DNA of 64,000 bases from Fimbriimonadia bacterium (GTDB lineage Bacteria; Armatimonadota; Fimbriimonadia; Fimbriimonadales; JABRVX01): the NCBI GenBank assembly GCA_041483895.1, contig JBGPGO010000002.1, positions 160,001-224,000 on the forward strand. The letters run 5' to 3'. Positions 28,663 to 38,089 of the stretch are shown here, piece by piece; position 1 is the first letter of the stretch, and each line of letters begins with the position of its first letter. Both the position numbers and the translations under genes were made by a program. Under the pieces are notes generated by a model, which did no database searches, was not told where the DNA came from, and saw only the letters and a list, made by a program, of their open reading frames with translations.

Positions 28663-30133
28663 TCGGAATCCGCTTGCCGAGTCGGATTTCCTCCCAACGG
28701 CCTTCCTCCGTTTTCGTGCGGTTGATGGAGGGGCGCTGGTACCAGTAGGCGACGCTGCGGTAGAGACCGCTGCAGTTGTTGCCGGTGCCGTGTTCCAGTG
28801 TGAACCGCCCCTTACGCGTGAATGGAACGGAGTCGCTCAGATGCAGACGGTAGCCGAAGATTTGCGGACCCACATCGCCAACCGTGGGGATGACGCCGCT
28901 GCCGGAAACGGGCCCCGAATAGCCCCGAATCCCCCAGGCGTCGTTCACGTAGTCCTCCGTCCCGGTGCCATATAGCGTTAGGCTTGGGTCGTCGTCGATG
29001 AAGAACATCTCGTCGCCTTCGCCCGCAGCGCGGTCGGTCGGAGCGTCGCGCAGGTCGTAGTGAAAGCCGCAACCGACGAAGTGTCCCGCGCCGCGGACGT
29101 TGAGGATTTCATAGTTGTCGCGGCCGTCGAGGTTCAGGATGCGGCAGGCGAGGCCCTCATAGTCGCGATGATCGGGTCCAAAGGGCGTCTCGCTATGCCA
29201 CGTAGCGCGGAAACGCAAGAGGCCATCGGGTACGGTGTCTTCTGTTATCATTTGCACGGTGGTTTGCACAGGTAATACGGAACGATTTACGAGTCGCACC
29301 CGCGCGCGATGAAAGTATGGCATGGGAAAGTTGCAATAGTACGTATCACCGTCAGTTCCGACCAGCAGCGATTTCGGTCTGTCCGTCAGGCCGTAGTCGA
29401 GGAACATCGGGCCGACCGGCGCGCGGACGCTGGGGTCTCGCGGCTCGTCATCATCGAAATGCGCCACCAGCCACAGGTTGTCTTTGATATGTGCGTCCTT
29501 TGAAGTCGTCATGCGAATGCCACGTATGACTCCGTCGCCTTCTCGCGCGAACAGCTCAACCTCTTTGCCGGGTGGAATTTCATATACTTGATCCGATCCG
29601 GTGGATGGTAGGATCGGAACTGGCAGGTCCCGTGGCTGTGTTTTCGGATCGAATCTCCCAACTTCTGTCCCAGGTGGATACAGGTCATAGTTGATATGAT
29701 AGTACAGGTAGTCGTCCTCGGGATCGATGACGATCTTGCAGTGGCGGGCGAATGGTATCGGGCAGTAGGACGTGTGGCCCATCGGCACCCGCTCGCGCGC
29801 GGATCGCTCATAATTCTCCTTCGACTCACCGCCGATGCCAAACGAGAGTGGCAATCTCCGGAACAGTTCCGCAAACGCGCATTCGATGGCGGGCTCCCCA
29901 TCGATAGTGATTCGGACAGTCCCCTTTTGCGGGTCCGCGGTCCAGATTCGGGTGATGCAGCCGGGTCCCTCGGTATCCAGCATCACGGCGGCCTTCCCCT
30001 CCCGCCGGACGAAGTTGCTCCAATCGTGGTTGCCGCCCCGCCGATCGTAGCTGGAGGCCATGCAACTCCGAGCGCTCCTTGGAGCGGCGAGGCGGAGAAG
30101 GTCGGAATAGATTTCGATTCCCAATGGTTCCAT
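28643..30133 (-). CDS. DUF2961 protein (GH172-like)
   Basis: SSYDRRGGNHD, GPGCITRIW, GAGHFVG, GEGDEMFFIDD, GTGTEDY. Confidence 0.9.
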   Translation of the reverse strand: MEPLGIEIYSDLLRLAAPRSARSCMASSYDRRGGNHDWSNFVRREGKAAVMLDTEGPGCITRIWTADPQKGTVRITIDGEPAIECAFAELFRRLPLSFGIGGESKENYERSARERVPMGHTSYCPIPFARHCKIVIDPEDDYLYYHINYDLYPPGTEVGRFDPKTQPRDLPVPILPSTGSDQVYEIPPGKEVELFAREGDGVIRGIRMTTSKDAHIKDNLWLVAHFDDDEPRDPSVRAPVGPMFLDYGLTDRPKSLLVGTDGDTYYCNFPMPYFHRARVRLVNRSVLPVQTTVQMITEDTVPDGLLRFRATWHSETPFGPDHRDYEGLACRILNLDGRDNYEILNVRGAGHFVGCGFHYDLRDAPTDRAAGEGDEMFFIDDDPSLTLYGTGTEDYVNDAWGIRGYSGPVSGSGVIPTVGDVGPQIFGYRLHLSDSVPFTRKGRFTLEHGTGNNCSGLYRSVAYWYQRPSINRTKTEEGRWEEIRLGKRIPNAPEDV

Positions 30134-30215
30134 GGTGTTGGAATTCTGTTCGCGGGAGCGGGACGAATTCCTGTCGGCGAAAGGAATTTCCGTCGGGACC
30201 GAGAATTGAAGCGGT

Positions 30216-32963
30216 ATGCTGCCAATGTTGCTCATCACCTCTGTCCTCGGACCCGCCAACGTATGGACGCTCAAAACGTCCGACACATTTGCGACCATCA
30301 CGGTGGAACACGACGCTCCGGCGCTCATCAGCCTGAAGGATTCTGCCGGCCACGAATGGGTTGCCGAACCGCTCGTCGAATCGCTGCCGGCGGGTGGGGT
30401 GTGGAAATTCGCTGGGGCGTCCCAGGACAAAACCACGCTGGTGCTCAAGTTTCAGTCCGACGAAATGGTGCTCTCATCGTGTTGGCGGGCGCGGCCAGGC
30501 CGTGGCCCCCTGGAGCATTGGATGGAGATTCATAATCGATCGGATAAGCCGATTGCGATTCCTCACGTCGACAGCCTTTCGTTGGATTTGCCGGCAACCA
30601 AACGGGCCAATCTGTGGTGGATTCGGCGCGGCGGCAGTAACGCGAGCACCGAGGGAGGCACTACCATACAGCCCGTGGTGAGTGAGCTTGATTTGAACTT
30701 GGTGAGCAATCCGGACGACGGCGCGAGTCCCGTGCCGTGGATGGCGGTGCAGGAGCCGGATCATGGACTATATGTTGGCTGGGAGTTTTCGGGTGTTGGT
30801 CGGGTTGCTGCCACGATGCCGAAAAATCTGAGCGTGCGGGTCGGCAACATGCCGGATTTTCGCACGGATATCGCACCGGGCAAGACACTTACGATTCCGG
30901 CGGCGTTCGTGGGGTGCTATGTGGGTGATATCGACGACGGCGCATACAGCCTTCATCGTTTTATCATCGAAAGGCTCCGGCCAAAGATGCCGAAAGGCAT
31001 GCCCGATCCGATCCTGCCATACAACCCATATTTGGATGCGGGCGCGGAACATACTACGGAGGCCGAGCTGTTGCGAACGGAAAAGTTCGGTCACGATCTC
31101 GGTTGCGAAGCGTTTCTGCCGGACGCGCAATGGTTCCCTGCATGCGGAGATTGGCGGTGGGATCCGGCGCGATTTCCCCGTGGCGTCACACCGTTCGTGG
31201 AATACGCGCACAAGAACGGGATGTGGTTTGCGTTGTGGTGCGCTTGGACCAACGGAGGCATATCAAGCCACGCTGGCGCCCTCAATGTCCACAAGCAAGA
31301 GGATTGGTTCAACACCAGTTTCCCTCCCGACTATCAGCCTGGCCCGTTTTATGGCGGAAGGCTCTGTCTCGGATGCGCGGACGCCGTCGCATGGGCGAAG
31401 AAGCTGACGGAATCGCTCGTAACCGACAACAAGCTGGATTATCTGAAGCATGACTGTGGCCCGATCGTCTCAACCTGCGCGAAATCAACCCATGAGCACC
31501 ACTATGGCACGGATGCCAGCTATTGGGCGGCGTCGGGCTACTATGATGTCATTGATACATTGCGGAAAAACCATCCGTCATTGGTGTTAGAAAACTGCTC
31601 CGGTGGAGGACATATCCGTGATTTTGGAATCACCCAACGCAGCCATTACACGGTGGCGACCGATACCCTATCCAACCTCCCGGATCGGCAGAGCATTTGG
31701 GACTGCACGTATGCCTTTCCCCCTCTGATTTTGCAATGCTACTGCTATGACAATTTTTACGGCGTACCCGGCGACGAACCGCGTCCGTATTTGTGGCGCA
31801 GCGGCATGATGGGCGCTTGGCAGATCGATCCAACCGATTCCGCCAAGTGGACAGCAGAGGATATCGCATCGACGAAACGATGCGTGATAGTTTATAAGGA
31901 ATGGATTCGCCCCATGCTTCAGGACGTTCGCGTACATCATATCTTGCCGAGGCCGGACGGCATTCATTGGGACGGCATGTTCTATTGGAGCGAACCACTT
32001 AAGCGCGGCGTTTTATCGATCTTCCGACCCGCGTCGCCCGACGAAACGCAACGGGTGAAATTGAAAGGACTGGACGCAAAAAAGAGCTACTGGATCTGGT
32101 CCGAAGAGGGTTCTGTCGCGCCCGGACAGCAGACTGGCGCGCAATTGATGAATGGCCTGGACATCTCCCTGGCGTCGCAATTCAGCTCCGACATGATCTT
32201 TGTTGCGACCGCGAAACCGGCCGAGTTCGTTCAACCGGGAGCGTTTGCAACCCACGCCCCCACGACGGACAGCGATCCGTTCCACTCGCGTGCGGTCATC
32301 TCTTGGGAGCCCGCGCCGCATGCCAACGCATATCGAATCACCGCTACCGCCGGCGGAAAAAAGATCGATCAAGAGGTCGTCTATGCTCCATCGATTCGTT
32401 TGGACAACTTGGCACCCGGAGCGAAGATCGAATGTCGGATCGAGGCGCTTGGATGGGGCGGCGAGCACGCGGCGGCGCCTGTTGTGTTTACTTCCACCGC
32501 GCTGAAAGGGAGCGAGGGCGCGCTCTGGCTATCGGATTTGGATTGGCAGAAGTCGACAGTCGGCTCTGGGGGCATCGTGCGAAGAGACGTTAATGTCTAT
32601 GGCAACGCGCCCACGATCGGAGGAAAGGCGTTCGAGAAGTCGATCTGGACTCATGCGTTCAACGATGCCACGCCGGCGGATGTCGTCATCACCGTTCCTG
32701 CCGGATTCACTGCATTCCGGGCGGAGTGCGGCGTGGATGACGCGGCCAAGGGCGGAAGTGTGCAGTTCGAAGTTCTGCTCGATGGCGAAAAGGCGGCGCT
32801 CAGCCCGGTCCTGCATCCGGGAGCAACGCATCGCTTCGACGTTCAACTCGGCAAAGCAAAATCGATTACGCTGCGCGTTTTCAACGGCGGCGACGGATAT
32901 AACTGCGATCATGCCGTATGGGGCTACGCGCGATTCGTCAAAGACAACGATCCCATACATTAG
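30216..32963 (+). CDS. GH36 alpha-galactosidase-like with C-terminal NPCBM domain
   Basis: DAQWF...GDWRWDPARFP, DYLKHD, ENCSGGG; GVDD..GSVQFEV..DHAVWG NPCBM. Confidence 0.88.
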   Translation: MLPMLLITSVLGPANVWTLKTSDTFATITVEHDAPALISLKDSAGHEWVAEPLVESLPAGGVWKFAGASQDKTTLVLKFQSDEMVLSSCWRARPGRGPLEHWMEIHNRSDKPIAIPHVDSLSLDLPATKRANLWWIRRGGSNASTEGGTTIQPVVSELDLNLVSNPDDGASPVPWMAVQEPDHGLYVGWEFSGVGRVAATMPKNLSVRVGNMPDFRTDIAPGKTLTIPAAFVGCYVGDIDDGAYSLHRFIIERLRPKMPKGMPDPILPYNPYLDAGAEHTTEAELLRTEKFGHDLGCEAFLPDAQWFPACGDWRWDPARFPRGVTPFVEYAHKNGMWFALWCAWTNGGISSHAGALNVHKQEDWFNTSFPPDYQPGPFYGGRLCLGCADAVAWAKKLTESLVTDNKLDYLKHDCGPIVSTCAKSTHEHHYGTDASYWAASGYYDVIDTLRKNHPSLVLENCSGGGHIRDFGITQRSHYTVATDTLSNLPDRQSIWDCTYAFPPLILQCYCYDNFYGVPGDEPRPYLWRSGMMGAWQIDPTDSAKWTAEDIASTKRCVIVYKEWIRPMLQDVRVHHILPRPDGIHWDGMFYWSEPLKRGVLSIFRPASPDETQRVKLKGLDAKKSYWIWSEEGSVAPGQQTGAQLMNGLDISLASQFSSDMIFVATAKPAEFVQPGAFATHAPTTDSDPFHSRAVISWEPAPHANAYRITATAGGKKIDQEVVYAPSIRLDNLAPGAKIECRIEALGWGGEHAAAPVVFTSTALKGSEGALWLSDLDWQKSTVGSGGIVRRDVNVYGNAPTIGGKAFEKSIWTHAFNDATPADVVITVPAGFTAFRAECGVDDAAKGGSVQFEVLLDGEKAALSPVLHPGATHRFDVQLGKAKSITLRVFNGGDGYNCDHAVWGYARFVKDNDPIH

Positions 32964-33175
32964 GGCAATTTACCCAATGCAAACTCGATGTCGTGTTCTA
33001 CAATGGCACCAAGGTCATCAAGTCGTCGGCCTACGGCAAGCTCAAAGGTCGTCACGCATAATTCGTTGATCGAATCGTTTGTACCTTGGAAGAACGGAAA
33101 GAATCGGTGGACCCCAAGCGAAGCCATGCTTCTCTGTCCTTGACGAACCACAATTGTGCGTGGCTAGTCGAACTC

Positions 33176-33793
33176 TCACCAAGTTTGCTCCAAGAGCGTT
33201 ACCTTCAATCCCTCTGTACTTCTTCGTCTCAGCGAACGCTCGCACCAGTCGAAATGCTCTCGGGGAAGGTAAGCGCCGCCAACCATGGCGACTGGCGCTC
33301 CGTCCAGCCATACTTTACCACTGCCTCTAAACATTACCGGCCAAGAGTTCGGCACGTTGTTGATTACAAAGCCCGCCATATAAGGGTCCTGGAAAGACTC
33401 CACGGCCGGAATCTGGAATACTAGATGACAGAGCACAACAACATTCAGAAGCTGCTGCCAGTCGCCTCTGTGATGGTTCAGATAAGAGCGGACGCCTCTT
33501 CGCAACGCAGATGCATCTTGTTCAGAGATCCACAGCATCTTCTCCATGATACTCTTACGGTTCTGGGCTGCGGCTCGTCCAGATCCCACACTATTAAACC
33601 ATGAGGGGAGTGATTCCAGGGTACCGGCGATCGCATCGCCGGACACATTTGGCGGCTGCCGAACTGAGGCCGGGCTGTGCGGAACTTCTGTTCGCCGGCA
33701 AACCACAAATCCGATAATTGATGTAGCAATTATCAACGTTGCTGCCCAAATAAAGAATTTCCTTCTGGATTTTGCCACTATATTAGTATGCAT
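33176..33793 (-). CDS. Hypothetical membrane-anchored protein
   Basis: 205-aa ORF with N-terminal TM, visibly AT-richer than neighbours. Confidence 0.6.
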   Translation of the reverse strand: MHTNIVAKSRRKFFIWAATLIIATSIIGFVVCRRTEVPHSPASVRQPPNVSGDAIAGTLESLPSWFNSVGSGRAAAQNRKSIMEKMLWISEQDASALRRGVRSYLNHHRGDWQQLLNVVVLCHLVFQIPAVESFQDPYMAGFVINNVPNSWPVMFRGSGKVWLDGAPVAMVGGAYLPREHFDWCERSLRRRSTEGLKVTLLEQTW

Positions 33794-33827
33794 TTTACCT
33801 TATCTCCTCGGTAAAGCCTATCGGTGG

Positions 33828-34832
33828 TTACCTTTGGATAGGTGGTATCGACCGTGAAGGTGGGGGTAGGTTTGTGCTATGCCCTGGGAAGGCGTGCGCC
33901 GATGGATCGATACGGGTCTTCGCATAGCAGACCGCTGTGCACGCCTCGCCGACGCCGGTAGCCAAAAGACGGAGCTTGCCTTCAAATTGCGCGATGTCCC
34001 CGGCGGCGAACACTCCTGTGCGGTTGGTTTCTCGGCGCTCATTCACTTTGATCTGGTTGCCTTCGATCTCGAGCCCCCAATGTCGCAGCGGACCAAGATC
34101 GGCTTGAAAGCCGATGTTCACCGAAATCGCGTCCACCGGGATCCGCTCCGTTTCCTTCGTTTTCATGTGCCGAATCGTCACCGCTTCCACTCGTCCGTTA
34201 CCGTGCAGCTCGGCCACTTCATAAAATGTGCGCAGGTTGACCGGGCTGGCAAGAACCTGCCGCACAGTGTCCTCATGCGCGACAAAAACATCCCGGCGAT
34301 GGATTTGGGTCGTGGTCCCGGCGTGAGGATGCAGCGCCAGCGACCAATCGAACGCCGAGTCTCCGCCGCCCACAATGAGCAGGTTTTTCACCGCAAAGTT
34401 AGACTTATCCCGGACGCCATACCAAAGGCCCTTCCCCAAGAACAGCTCCTCGTTCTCCAAACCCAGTGTTCGAGGAGAAAACGCCCCGACCCCGGCAGTG
34501 ATGATCACCGTCCGGCCTTGCAGCTTTCTGCCGGACAGAGTTGTGATCTCAAATCCGCCCGTGATTTCTGCCAATGATTCGCAGCGCTCGTCCAAAAACA
34601 CCTCGGCGCCGTATTGCAGCCCCTGCTCCGCCATCTCGCGTACCAGATCCTTCGCCAGCACCTTCGGAAACCCCGGCATATCGTAAATGTACTTTTCGGG
34701 ATAGAGCGCCGTGAGCTGCCCCCCGAGTTCCGGCAGGCTGTCGACGATCGTGACACTCATCTGCCGCAGGCCCGCGTAGTAGGCCGCGAAAAGCCCAACC
34801 GGCCCGCCACCGAGTATCAGCACGTCCTTCAT
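33828..34832 (-). CDS. Ferredoxin-NADP+ reductase (thioredoxin-reductase type, YumC-like)
   Basis: GGGPVG, GGQLTALYPEKYIYDMPGFP, GGGDSAFDW, HRR, PGHST; no CxxC. Confidence 0.92.
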   Translation of the reverse strand: MKDVLILGGGPVGLFAAYYAGLRQMSVTIVDSLPELGGQLTALYPEKYIYDMPGFPKVLAKDLVREMAEQGLQYGAEVFLDERCESLAEITGGFEITTLSGRKLQGRTVIITAGVGAFSPRTLGLENEELFLGKGLWYGVRDKSNFAVKNLLIVGGGDSAFDWSLALHPHAGTTTQIHRRDVFVAHEDTVRQVLASPVNLRTFYEVAELHGNGRVEAVTIRHMKTKETERIPVDAISVNIGFQADLGPLRHWGLEIEGNQIKVNERRETNRTGVFAAGDIAQFEGKLRLLATGVGEACTAVCYAKTRIDPSAHAFPGHSTNLPPPSRSIPPIQR

Positions 34833-35527
34833 TCCGCCGCCACCTGCCGGTCGCCTTCCACCCAAAACGCGCCGCTCCGGGTGAACTCTTTCTTCCAGAT
34901 TGGCACGTCCTGTTTCAATGTGTCGATAAGAAAGCGGCATGCCTCGAACGCCTCCGACCGGTGCGGGGTGGCTGCCGCGACAAGTACGGCGGTGTCACCA
35001 GGCGACAACCGCCCGAGCCGATGAACCATGACCACCTCCGCGCCAAATTTCCGGCGCGCCTCGTTTTCAATCTCTCGCATCTGGCGCAGCGCCATCTCCG
35101 TGTGGGCGGAATATTCCAGGTATTCGGTCTCCACATCCCCTGTGCGGCCACGGACGATGCCTTGAAAAATGACCAATCCGCCGTTTGAGCATTCGAAGGT
35201 GTTGGGGTCTTTGGTGGTTGGCGGTTGGGAGGGATCGGCGGGCGAGGACCCCAACACAACACTCCCCTTCACAGTGCGACCGGGAACGGATGGGGATTCG
35301 AGCGTGTTGGGGTCTATGGTGGTTGCCGGTTGGGAGGGATCGGCGGGCGAGGACCCCAACACAACACTCCCCTTCACAGTGCGACCGGGAACGGATGGGG
35401 ATTCGAGCGTGTTGGGGTCTTTGGTGGTTGGCGGTTGGGAGGGATCGGCGGGCGAGGACCCCAACACAACAAGCGGTGGCTTCAGCCAGGAATCCAAGCG
35501 GATCGGTTCATAGATGAGGACGACCAT
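34829..35527 (-). CDS. moaE: Molybdopterin synthase catalytic subunit with in-frame repeat insertion
   Basis: GGLVIFQGIVR, LEYSA, HRLG, HRSEAFEAC, LKQDVPIWKKE. Confidence 0.93.
   Translation of the reverse strand: MVVLIYEPIRLDSWLKPPLVVLGSSPADPSQPPTTKDPNTLESPSVPGRTVKGSVVLGSSPADPSQPATTIDPNTLESPSVPGRTVKGSVVLGSSPADPSQPPTTKDPNTFECSNGGLVIFQGIVRGRTGDVETEYLEYSAHTEMALRQMREIENEARRKFGAEVVMVHRLGRLSPGDTAVLVAAATPHRSEAFEACRFLIDTLKQDVPIWKKEFTRSGAFWVEGDRQVAAE
35191..35471. repeat. 2.7 x 105-bp palindromic tandem repeat inside moaE
   Basis: GTGTTGGGGTC...GACCCCAACAC starts at 35199, 35304 and 35409. Confidence 0.97.
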
Positions 35528-35754
35528 CAGCCCCCGCTGACCGGCGGCAGGATGGCGACCTCGTCTCCGTCGGAAATCGGGTCGTCCCAGGAGGCGAAGC
35601 GGGAGTTTATCGCCACGCGGCAGAAGGACGTGATGTTGTCCAAACCCAATTCCGACGCCACAGTTCGGCCCGTCGCATCGTCCGGAAGCGTCAGGTCATG
35701 GTTGGGACCGCACCGGTCCGCAAGATGGGCAAATAGGAGCACTCGGCACCGCAT
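35527..35754 (-). CDS. moaD: Molybdopterin synthase sulfur carrier subunit
   Basis: VLLFA...DGDEVAILPPVSGG C-terminal Gly-Gly. Confidence 0.93.
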   Translation of the reverse strand: MRCRVLLFAHLADRCGPNHDLTLPDDATGRTVASELGLDNITSFCRVAINSRFASWDDPISDGDEVAILPPVSGG

Positions 35755-35798
35755 ACGGCGGGATTCTACCTAGGTGAAGTACAATCGGCTGACCTCGA

Positions 35799-37016
35799 AT
35801 GGACGAAAAACTACAATTTCAGTCGCCCGAAGAGCAGCGAAGATACGACGAGGTGGACGCGCAGAAGGTCCTCAACTTGGCGATTCGGCTGCAGCACACC
35901 GACGATTCGCGGATCGACGAGGGGCAACTTTCTGAGATCGCCGAGGAAGCGGGGGTCAAACCCGAGTACCTGAAAATGGCAATGGGGATTGTAGAAAAGC
36001 AGGCTCAGGAAACTCAGGCGCAGACGTTGGTTCCGAAACGGCGGAGACTGAAATTGCCCCGAGCGCCGAAGGAGGGTCTGCTTGGCCATATCTGGAAGGC
36101 GGCCGTTGCTGGGATCCTGGGCGGCGTGGGTCTTGCAATCCTTGGGTTTGCGCTCCATTTAGACGCTCTCGCGGCGGTAGCAGTTGGGCTGGCTATACTC
36201 TTGGGTGTGATTAATTGCGTCCAAACGAGGAAGCCGGGCTGGGGGGCGCTGGCTGGGTTGACTTGGGGCGCCGCCTTCGCCGTAGCGAAGTCCCTGTATC
36301 GTGGCAGCGGCGATGCGGAGGACGTCTTCATGGGGGCGTTCGTCGGTTCCTGGGTTGGGCTAATCTTCGGCGCCATTGGCAGCACCAGTTCGGCGAATGC
36401 GACATTTGTTCCCGCGCAGGCTCCCGTCGCATTCAACCCGACGACGGAGGATCGGCAAGACCTTCTCAAGCAGCTATACACACTACAGGACCGATTGCGC
36501 ATGGGGACGCGCGAGGCCACGTTTTTGTCTGTGGATGTTGTCGGGTCCACAAACATGAAGGCGATCGCCGATCCGTTGGCGGTTGAATACACTTTTGGCG
36601 CCTACCATCGGTTTGTGGCCCAGACGGCGCAAGCGTTCGGCGGCAGCGTTCACAGCACCGCCGGTGACGGAGTCACATGCGCCTTCGACCATCCGGAAAA
36701 GGCCTACCAGGCGGCGCGGACGATTCAGCGGAACATCCATCAGTTCAATCAGAACCAGAACCGGTTGGGCGCTCCGTTTGTTCTGCGTTGCGGACTGCAT
36801 ACCGGCACGGTGGTGGCGCCGACCGGCGATCTGCGCGGGGTGGAGTTTGCGCATGTAATCGACCAGGCCGCTCACCTGCAAAAGGCGGCAGCGCCCGGCG
36901 CAATCGTTTTGAGTGACACGACCGCCGAAAAAATTGTCGATCCGGTCTTGCGGCTAGGACTGTCCGCAATCGAAGTGGACGGCCAACCGGCGAAGTTATT
37001 CCGCGCCGTCACCTAA
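35799..37016 (+). CDS. Membrane-bound class III nucleotide cyclase with atypical active site
   Basis: Four TM helices; FLSVDVVGST, AGDG, LRCGLHTG. Confidence 0.85.
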   Translation: MDEKLQFQSPEEQRRYDEVDAQKVLNLAIRLQHTDDSRIDEGQLSEIAEEAGVKPEYLKMAMGIVEKQAQETQAQTLVPKRRRLKLPRAPKEGLLGHIWKAAVAGILGGVGLAILGFALHLDALAAVAVGLAILLGVINCVQTRKPGWGALAGLTWGAAFAVAKSLYRGSGDAEDVFMGAFVGSWVGLIFGAIGSTSSANATFVPAQAPVAFNPTTEDRQDLLKQLYTLQDRLRMGTREATFLSVDVVGSTNMKAIADPLAVEYTFGAYHRFVAQTAQAFGGSVHSTAGDGVTCAFDHPEKAYQAARTIQRNIHQFNQNQNRLGAPFVLRCGLHTGTVVAPTGDLRGVEFAHVIDQAAHLQKAAAPGAIVLSDTTAEKIVDPVLRLGLSAIEVDGQPAKLFRAVT

Positions 37017-37018
37017 GA

Positions 37019-37056
37019 AATCGCCCCCACTCGCGGGGGTCGGAGTGAGGGCGATT
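37019..37056. terminator. Hairpin between convergent genes
   Basis: AATCGCCCCCACTC / GAGTGAGGGCGATT. Confidence 0.55.
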
Positions 37057-37080
37057 GCACGCGCGGGGAAGAACTAATAG

Positions 37081-37515
37081 CTATCCGGTCAGGACCTTCA
37101 CTTTATGGGGCTGCACGGATTCCACTTTGTGCAGTTTCACCGTTAGCAGCCCATCCTTGAAATGAGCCTCGATCCGATTTGGGTTGACGGGGACGTCCAC
37201 CGTGAAGGATCGCTGGAATTCACCATAGGCTCGCTCCAAGCGAATGTAGTTGTCTTGCTTGTCTTTCTCGCTTAGCACTCTCTTTCCGGATATTGTAAGA
37301 ACCTTGTCCGCCATTTCAACGTCGATGTCCTCGAGACAAAGGCCAGGCAGCTCGACAAGGAATGTGATCTCTGTGTCGGTGTCTTTGATGTCGACAACCG
37401 GCGCCCACGCCCTGCCGAATCCGAGCCATCGCTCGCCGTCGAACAGGTCCTCCATCATATGGCCAAGCCGTTCATAGGGTTTCAATCTGTTGATATCTCT
37501 CAATGGGGTAATCAT
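37081..37515 (-). CDS. Hsp20/alpha-crystallin small heat shock protein
   Basis: WAPVVDI, ELPG, LTISG, ERAYGEFQRSF, FKDGLL. Confidence 0.95.
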   Translation of the reverse strand: MITPLRDINRLKPYERLGHMMEDLFDGERWLGFGRAWAPVVDIKDTDTEITFLVELPGLCLEDIDVEMADKVLTISGKRVLSEKDKQDNYIRLERAYGEFQRSFTVDVPVNPNRIEAHFKDGLLTVKLHKVESVQPHKVKVLTG

Positions 37516-37991
37516 CTTTGATCCCTCCTCCGTGATCTGGTGCTAATTTCGGTCGCAAATCGGCTCGGTTCCGAGACATGCTCCATCACCTCGCCAACCA
37601 GGCCCTTGACGGGGCAGGTCACAGCCAAGTCTGCCAAGGTGAAGATGCCTTCGAGCCGGCCGTCATCGTCGACGACCAGCAAGCGACGAACCTGGCGCTT
37701 CGACATCTTGTCGGCGGCCTCATACAGGTCGTCTACCGCTGTAATTGTCACGGCGTGTGGGGTCATGACCTCTGCGACAGGCGTTGATTCAGCATCAAGC
37801 CGCTGCGCAACGACGCGCAAGACAATGTCTCGATCCGTCAGGACGCCAATCGGCTGATCGTCTTCGCAGATGGGAATGCATCCTACGTTACGATCCCGCA
37901 TAAGCCTAGCGGCCGACGCCACAGACGCCTTCGGATCGAGGCTTGCCACATCCTTCGTCATCAGGTTTTCTAGGTCTCGGAGGTTCGTCAT
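37512..37991 (-). CDS. CBS domain protein
   Basis: GVLTDRDIVLR, QVRRLLVVD. Confidence 0.92.
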   Translation of the reverse strand: MTNLRDLENLMTKDVASLDPKASVASAARLMRDRNVGCIPICEDDQPIGVLTDRDIVLRVVAQRLDAESTPVAEVMTPHAVTITAVDDLYEAADKMSKRQVRRLLVVDDDGRLEGIFTLADLAVTCPVKGLVGEVMEHVSEPSRFATEISTRSRRRDQR

Positions 37992-38089
37992 TGCGACCTA
38001 ATTCCTTTCTTTGACATGGTACTACGGCGCTTACCCCGAAAAATGTCGGTATTCCCAATGACCGACGGACATGCGGTAATCTACGTGGG

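Noticed and set aside
32964..33175. Short ORFs after the GH36 gene
   Set aside because: No credible start or motif; may be a gene remnant but cannot be supported.
35191..35471. CRISPR array in moaE
   Set aside because: The intervening sequences are identical rather than unique spacers, the unit is 105 bp, it is in frame in a gene, and no cas genes are present.
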